A stretch of 52,280 nucleotides of DNA from Candidatus Eiseniibacteriota bacterium (GTDB taxonomy: Bacteria > Eisenbacteria > RBG-16-71-46 > JABDJR01 > JAWXBZ01), in assembly GCA_034440375.1 (NCBI GenBank), contig JAWXBZ010000041.1:1-52280 (forward strand). Direction: 5' to 3'. The position numbers and the translations under genes were made by a program. Positions 47,102-52,280 of this stretch are shown here, piece by piece. Each line of letters opens with the position of its first letter. Within the stretch, counting starts at the first letter, position 1. The notes under the pieces are model-generated. The model made no database searches. It had not been told where the DNA came from and was given only the letters and a program-made list of their open reading frames with translations.

Positions 47102-48232
47102 TCAGCTCTTCGGCTTGCCACCCTTGCGGGCGCCGCTGGCGGCCTCTTCGAGGGCGGCCTCGATCTCGGTGGATGGAGCCCCTTCGGCCTCGGTGACCGG
47201 GATCGGCTCGCCAATACCGAGTGCGGCACGGACCTTCGCGTCGAGTTCGTTCATGATATCGGGATGGCTCTTGAGGAACTGGCGGGCGTTTTCACGACCC
47301 TGCCCGAGGCGTTCGCCACCGTACGACATCCAGGTGCCGCTCTTCTCGATGATCCCCTTTTCGACGCCGATGTCGAGCATTTCGCCGGCCTTGCTGATCC
47401 CTTCGTCGAAATAGAGATCGAACTCGGCCTGGCGGAAGGGTGCGGCCACCTTGTTCTTGACCACCTTGACCTTGCAGCGATTGCCGATGGATTCCTCGCC
47501 GCTCTTGATCGAGGCAATCCGGCGGATGTCGAGGCGGATCGACGAATAGAACTTGAGCGCGTTGCCGCCCGTGGTCGTTTCCGGGTTGCCGAACATGACC
47601 CCGATCTTCATCCGAATCTGGTTGATGAAAATGACGCAGGTATTCGACTTGGAAATGGAGCCGGTGAGCTTGCGCAGCGCCTGGCTCATCAGACGGGCCT
47701 GGAGGCCCATATGACTGTCCCCCATTTCACCTTCGATTTCGGCCTTCGGCACCAGCGCCGCCACCGAGTCGATGACGACGACGTCAATGGCGCCGGAACG
47801 GACGAGCTGGTCGGTGATCTCCAGGGCCTCTTCGCCCGTGTCGGGCTGGCTGACATGGAGGTTTTCGAGATTGACGCCGAGCAATTCGGCGAACTCGGCC
47901 GGGAGGGCGTGTTCCGCATCGACGAAGACGCAGTTGCCGCCCAGCTTCTGCGCTTGGGCGATGATCGAGAGCGCCAGCGTCGTCTTGCCTGAGGCCTCGG
48001 GGCCGAAGATTTCGATGATGCGACCGCGTGGCACGCCGCCGATGCCAAGCGCGGCGTCCAGGCCGATCGACCCGGTCGAGATCGATGCCACTCGCTGCCG
48101 CGCCGAATCGGGGCCGGCGAGCTTCATGATCGAGCCCTTCCCGAACTGACGTTCGATGTTCACGATGGCGTTGTCGAAGGCCTTCTGCTTTTCCTTGCTG
48201 CTTGCCGAATTGGGTCCGATGTTCGTCGACAT
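47102..48232 (-). CDS. recA: Recombinase RecA
   Basis: [57 protein letters not shown]. Confidence 0.97.
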   Translation of the reverse strand: MSTNIGPNSASSKEKQKAFDNAIVNIERQFGKGSIMKLAGPDSARQRVASISTGSIGLDAALGIGGVPRGRIIEIFGPEASGKTTLALSIIAQAQKLGGNCVFVDAEHALPAEFAELLGVNLENLHVSQPDTGEEALEITDQLVRSGAIDVVVIDSVAALVPKAEIEGEMGDSHMGLQARLMSQALRKLTGSISKSNTCVIFINQIRMKIGVMFGNPETTTGGNALKFYSSIRLDIRRIASIKSGEESIGNRCKVKVVKNKVAAPFRQAEFDLYFDEGISKAGEMLDIGVEKGIIEKSGTWMSYGGERLGQGRENARQFLKSHPDIMNELDAKVRAALGIGEPIPVTEAEGAPSTEIEAALEEAASGARKGGKPKS

Positions 48233-48397
48233 GGTTCCTCTCCTCGCGACGGGTGGTCCATTACTGACGTTAGGTCGATGTCGCGCGAGCTGTCAAACGC
48301 GACTCGAGTGACGGGCCCGACCGGGACAGGAACGTCCTGGGGTCACGGGCTGGCAGGTGACCGCCATGCCCGGCAGAGTGACACAAAACTAATCGCC

Positions 48398-48426
48398 TGT
48401 CTAGTAGAATATTGTGTACTACTCAA
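48398..48426 (-). promoter_or_regulatory. Candidate recA promoter with overlapping palindromic operator
   Basis: Minus strand TTGAGT-N17-TAGACA; imperfect palindrome AGTAGAATATTGTGTACTACT (48403-48423) fills the spacer. Confidence 0.45.
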
Positions 48427-50879
48427 CGGATCACGACGAACCGCCCACGGCAGGCGCTTCCGGACGCCTCCACCACGTAGAGGTAAATGCCGGAGGTGAT
48501 ATTCTGGCCGCTCCGTGTGATCAGATCCCAGTAAAACGTGCCCGACTGGCGATTGGCGTCGCTCGATGTGCAGGCGCCGATGACCCTTGAATCGCCGGGA
48601 TAGGCCTCGATGATCAGATCGCCGGCCAGGGAATGGATCTTCAACCGCGTCCAGTCCGCCGGCAGGCCGCGAAAGGCGATCTTCGTCCCCGTCGGGTCGC
48701 AGTCCGAAACGCCGAGGTCCCAGTCGGCGCCCCCGCGATACGGATTGGGCACGACCTTCACGGCATCGCAGCCGTTGCCGGGTGCCCAGGACGTCGCGAC
48801 CATCTCTTTTTGAACCGCCGAAGGGCTGCCGCCCAGCTCGACCGTCTCCAGGAGCCCCGTGATCGGGTTGCGCCGTGTCAGGACGCCGAAAGCGGTGATT
48901 GCGTAAAAGTAGACGCGACCGTTGATCACCCCCCGTTCGTCATCCCACTCGTAGCGGCCGATGAAATACTGCGGACCGTGATCGGTCATCACCTTCACGG
49001 AATCGCGCTCGCTCTGCAGGACGCGCCGCAGGCTGTTTGGTGACTCGCTCCCCAGGCCATCCACGGGATGTCGTCGGAACTCGGCCGCCAGCATCCAATC
49101 CTGGGGTGTGGGTCCGATCGCGCCCTCGGGACGCTGCCAGTTGTCCACCCTCCAGATGCGGTATCCCTCGAAGAAATCGAGTCCACTGATCGGATCGCGC
49201 GAAATCTCGGAGGCATTGTCCCACTGGAGCGTGATCCGGCGGTCACCCTGCGGAGCGCCAACATAGATCTCCGCATTTGGCATGGCGGGGGCATCAATAT
49301 CCCTGAAAAGGTCGGGATCGGTGTTGGCCAAAGGCGGTGGCGGCGCCGTGGTTCCGACCCAGTTCAGGAGACTCTCCCGCCCGGTAACGCCCGTGCAGGG
49401 ATTGCAGTCGTCGTCCACGAAGGCCGCCGGGACGCAGTTCGTGAATTGAAACGCCTGCGTCGAGTTCAGGGTGTCGCATGGATCATCCCAAAACACCGGG
49501 AAGCGGGGATCCGCGGCGGTCAGGCAGCGCTCACGGCCGCCCACCCCCGTCTCGGGATTGCCATCGACATCCAGATGACGGCCGTTGAAGACGATCTGCG
49601 CGTTGACGGCGTTCTCGACCATGCCGGAAAGGCCGTCGCCAATGACGAACGCCACCTGGAAGTCGATGCGCTCTCCCGGCTCGAGCGAGAGAAAAGGACC
49701 GGCACCCAGCGTGAAGCGGTAGTCATCCGCCTTCGAGGGTGGTCGGGTCGGCACGCCGCTTCGCGAGAGCAAATCGTATCGTTCGACATCGGTGTCGGGG
49801 TCTCCTTCGGGATAGGGCGCGGAGGAAGCGGTCCAGCGGACCGTCGACAGCCCCACCCGCACCGGCGCCTTGATCCCGGCCGGATCGGTGGTGTGGCCGA
49901 GAAACATTCCGCCGAAGTATCCGGGCACATCGCCGCCGACGATGCTGCCGCCGTTGTCCGGCGCATCATAGATGTAGGCGATATCCATCCGGAGTTGCCG
50001 CCGCGCGCATTGCCCGGACTGGCCTGCATCGGCGAGAAGCGTGTCGACCTGGAGGAACCCGACAAGGTCGTCGATCCAGTAGTTGCTGGCCGCCTTCGGA
50101 CCGGCGTCGGCATCGACGAAAAAACCGATGTACATATCGCGCAGCCGCTGATCCCCGACGTTGATCACCTCGAAGTCGAATCCGGTGAACTCATTGATGC
50201 CGACCGTGGACCACTGGAACGAACGCTGGCGGACAAGCAAGCCGAGCGGTCGATGCGAGTTGATCTGGTTCGCCGCCTCCGGCGTGTCGTCACGATACTC
50301 GCAGGCGAGCATCTGCTGTCCGATGGCGGCGAAGTCTTCATCGATTTGACCGTCGAAGTCGTCATCCTTGCCGTTCAGGAAGTCCTCATCCTCGAAGCCA
50401 TCGCCATCGTCGTCAGCGTTGGAAGCCTCGGTACTCCGATTGCCGCCCCGACCTCCCTCGAACGCCTCGTAGATCGTGTCCACCGGCAAGAGTGACGGCC
50501 GGAACTCCACATCGTTCGGGAAAATCGACGTGGAAACATGCGGCTCCTGGTCCTCACCGATCGCCCCGATCCAGAGGCCGGCCTGGAACAGGTACTCCCC
50601 GCCCCGCCAGCCGGCCGAGATCTCGGGAATCCACGGATTTCCGATGATGCCCAAGTTGGTCAGCTGAAGTGTCAACAGTGCCGTGTTGTGGGTGAAGACA
50701 TAGGGGTCCCGACGGGCGTAAAGCGACTGGACCAGGCGGCCCGGATCGAAACGTTCCCCGGGCGCCGGGCGCGCCTCAACGGAACCGGTTGCCGCCGCGA
50801 GCGGCAGGGCCACCAAGAGCAACATCACGAGATGGATCAGGCGGTGAGGGGCCGCCACGCGTGCCGGGCGAACGGTCAT
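48423..50879 (-). CDS. Large secreted protein with T9SS/FlgD-like C-terminal domain
   Basis: GGAGG RBS, signal peptide, EYLFQAGLWIGA, DDDGDG..DED Ca-binding-like loops, FEGYRIWR; C-terminal VVPNPY...KIHSLAGDLI...WDL...G..ITSGIYLYVV...FVVIR. Confidence 0.78.
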   Translation of the reverse strand: MTVRPARVAAPHRLIHLVMLLLVALPLAAATGSVEARPAPGERFDPGRLVQSLYARRDPYVFTHNTALLTLQLTNLGIIGNPWIPEISAGWRGGEYLFQAGLWIGAIGEDQEPHVSTSIFPNDVEFRPSLLPVDTIYEAFEGGRGGNRSTEASNADDDGDGFEDEDFLNGKDDDFDGQIDEDFAAIGQQMLACEYRDDTPEAANQINSHRPLGLLVRQRSFQWSTVGINEFTGFDFEVINVGDQRLRDMYIGFFVDADAGPKAASNYWIDDLVGFLQVDTLLADAGQSGQCARRQLRMDIAYIYDAPDNGGSIVGGDVPGYFGGMFLGHTTDPAGIKAPVRVGLSTVRWTASSAPYPEGDPDTDVERYDLLSRSGVPTRPPSKADDYRFTLGAGPFLSLEPGERIDFQVAFVIGDGLSGMVENAVNAQIVFNGRHLDVDGNPETGVGGRERCLTAADPRFPVFWDDPCDTLNSTQAFQFTNCVPAAFVDDDCNPCTGVTGRESLLNWVGTTAPPPPLANTDPDLFRDIDAPAMPNAEIYVGAPQGDRRITLQWDNASEISRDPISGLDFFEGYRIWRVDNWQRPEGAIGPTPQDWMLAAEFRRHPVDGLGSESPNSLRRVLQSERDSVKVMTDHGPQYFIGRYEWDDERGVINGRVYFYAITAFGVLTRRNPITGLLETVELGGSPSAVQKEMVATSWAPGNGCDAVKVVPNPYRGGADWDLGVSDCDPTGTKIAFRGLPADWTRLKIHSLAGDLIIEAYPGDSRVIGACTSSDANRQSGTFYWDLITRSGQNITSGIYLYVVEASGSACRGRFVVIR

Positions 50880-51147
50880 GGAATCCTCCGCGGACGATCG
50901 TCCACGCCCCGGCATCATGTCGGGACGTTCGATGGCGAACAGGGACCATCTGTCGATGACCAAAAGAGTCGATGACACCGGAGGGGCGGCTGCGGCGACC
51001 GAGAGGGCGGAAAAACATTCGGGGATCGGCCACCTTAAGGTCACTATAGATCGACTTTCGGAACGACGCAACGGTACGTGCGGCCATCGACCTGGCGGAT
51101 GGCCCCGCCGGGTGCCCTGCGCCAGTCCGGGGTGATAGACTTTCGAC

Positions 51148-52119
51148 ATGACCGTTTCCGCCACACTCGACCTCGAAGCCGAAATCCGGCGCCTCAAGAC
51201 GGAACGGAAGGCCGTGCTGCTGGCCCACTACTACCAGGATTCGGAGATCCAGGACGTGGCCGATTTTGTCGGCGACAGCCTGCAACTCAGCCAGCAGGCC
51301 GCGGCGACCAATGCCGACGTGATCCTGTTCGCCGGCGTCCACTTCATGGCCGAGACGGCCAAGATCGTGAACCCGGGCAAGACCGTGATCCTCCCCGATC
51401 TGGATGCGGGCTGCTCGCTGGCCGAGGGATGCCCGGCCCCGCAGTTCGAGAAGTTCCTGGCGCGCTTTCCGGGTCACACGGTCATCAGTTACATCAACTG
51501 TTCGGCGGCCGTCAAGGCGCTCTCGGACATCATCTGCACATCGAGCAATGCCGTGGCCGTCGTCGAATCCGTACCCAGGGAAACGCCGATCGTCTTCGCG
51601 CCCGATCAGCACCTCGGCCGCTGGGTGATGAAACAGACCGGCCGGCCGATGATTCTCTGGCCCGGCTCCTGCCTGGTTCATGAGCTGTTCAACGAACGGG
51701 AGATCGTGCATCTGAAGCACCGGAACCCGGGAGCGCCCGTGCTGGCCCATCCGGAATGCGACGAGCGCGTGCTGGCCCATGCCGATTACGTTGGATCGAC
51801 CTCCGGCATTCTGGCCGAGGTCCTCAAGAGTCCGGCCATGACGTTCATCATCGCCACCGAGCCGGGGATCATCCACCAGATGAAGAAGCTGGCGCCGACC
51901 AAGAATTTCATTCCGGCGCCGGCGGGCAACGGCTGCGCCTGCAACAACTGCCCGTTCATGAAAATGAACACGCTCGAGAAAGTCTACCTGGCGCTGCGCG
52001 ATCTGACGCCGGAGATTACGCTCGAGGAAACGTTGCGGGCCCGCGCCGAACTGCCGCTGCGACGCATGCTGGCAATCAGCGCCGGAACCCCGAAGGCCGC
52101 CGCCCAGCCGGTAGACTGA
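51148..52119 (+). CDS. nadA: Quinolinate synthase NadA
   Basis: LAHYYQ, GDSLQL, GVHFMAETAKI, AGCSLA, YINCS, C.VH, AHPEC, CPFMKMNTL. Confidence 0.96.
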   Translation: MTVSATLDLEAEIRRLKTERKAVLLAHYYQDSEIQDVADFVGDSLQLSQQAAATNADVILFAGVHFMAETAKIVNPGKTVILPDLDAGCSLAEGCPAPQFEKFLARFPGHTVISYINCSAAVKALSDIICTSSNAVAVVESVPRETPIVFAPDQHLGRWVMKQTGRPMILWPGSCLVHELFNEREIVHLKHRNPGAPVLAHPECDERVLAHADYVGSTSGILAEVLKSPAMTFIIATEPGIIHQMKKLAPTKNFIPAPAGNGCACNNCPFMKMNTLEKVYLALRDLTPEITLEETLRARAELPLRRMLAISAGTPKAAAQPVD

Positions 52120-52280
52120 ACGCGGGGCGCCGCCTGGCCGCAATGCGCCCGCGGACAATGTGAGCGCACGGCAGCATTCCGGCGCGCTGCAGAGTCAGCC
52201 GCGACGGGACATTGTCCTTGTTGCAGCGCGCGGCCGGAATGCACCCCATCTCGTGGCAGAGCCGCTTCAATTCCTGCACA
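52076..52280 (-). CDS. Partial CDS (3' end), GNAT-family acetyltransferase-like
   Basis: QELKRLCHE.G..PAARCN.DN.PSR.TLQRAG resembles the GNAT C-terminal N..S...L.K.GF motif; runs off the window edge. Confidence 0.6.
   Translation of the reverse strand, partial: VQELKRLCHEMGCIPAARCNKDNVPSRLTLQRAGMLPCAHIVRGRIAARRRPAFSLPAGRRPSGFRR

Noticed and set aside
48402-48417. NrdR box upstream of recA
   Set aside because: Only a half-site match and no partner at 31-32 bp.
51082-51112. Alternative hairpins upstream of nadA as an NAD+ riboswitch
   Set aside because: Lacks the conserved core I recall for the nadA motif; nadA looks leaderless, so this region may not be transcribed; short GC stems are expected by chance.

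Overview
GC-rich bacterial chromosomal window, mostly housekeeping, with no CRISPR array, rRNA, prophage or IS element that I can support. Gene content (SpoVG, SMC, SelA, a T9SS-like C-terminal domain, acidic-tailed lipoproteins) suggests an FCB-related lineage such as Eisenbacteria/Latescibacterota; this is inference only. Gene order: end of a PilB/GspE-like ORF, pilT-pilU, zwf-opcA-pgl, porin-pstS behind Pho-box-like repeats, a GT2, a lipoprotein, murJ, a DMT-like membrane protein, a GlmU-like transferase, a degenerate amidohydrolase, HD-GYP, a long minus-strand run (rfbA-rfbD-gmhA-ubiA-ispE-spoVG-tRNA-Gln-prs-rplY-pth-rpsF-ssb-rpsR-rplI-PPIase-BFN-selA-smc-ftsY), a vanadium haloperoxidase lipoprotein, an internally deleted pseudogene, alaS, three tandem parvulins, a decapeptide-repeat protein, an S9 peptidase, recA-recX, a secreted protein, nadA and a partial GNAT. 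The most interesting signals are non-coding: (1) a candidate sigma54-driven structured small RNA between pilU and pgl; (2) tandem NrdR-box-like sites in front of selA-smc-ftsY; (3) repeated leaderless-mRNA signatures and apparent CTG/ATC start codons; (4) a candidate novel SOS box before a RecA lacking the adenine-binding Asp100; (5) Bacteroidetes-type lipoprotein export signals; (6) an abrupt local codon/skew switch inside the S9 peptidase gene.
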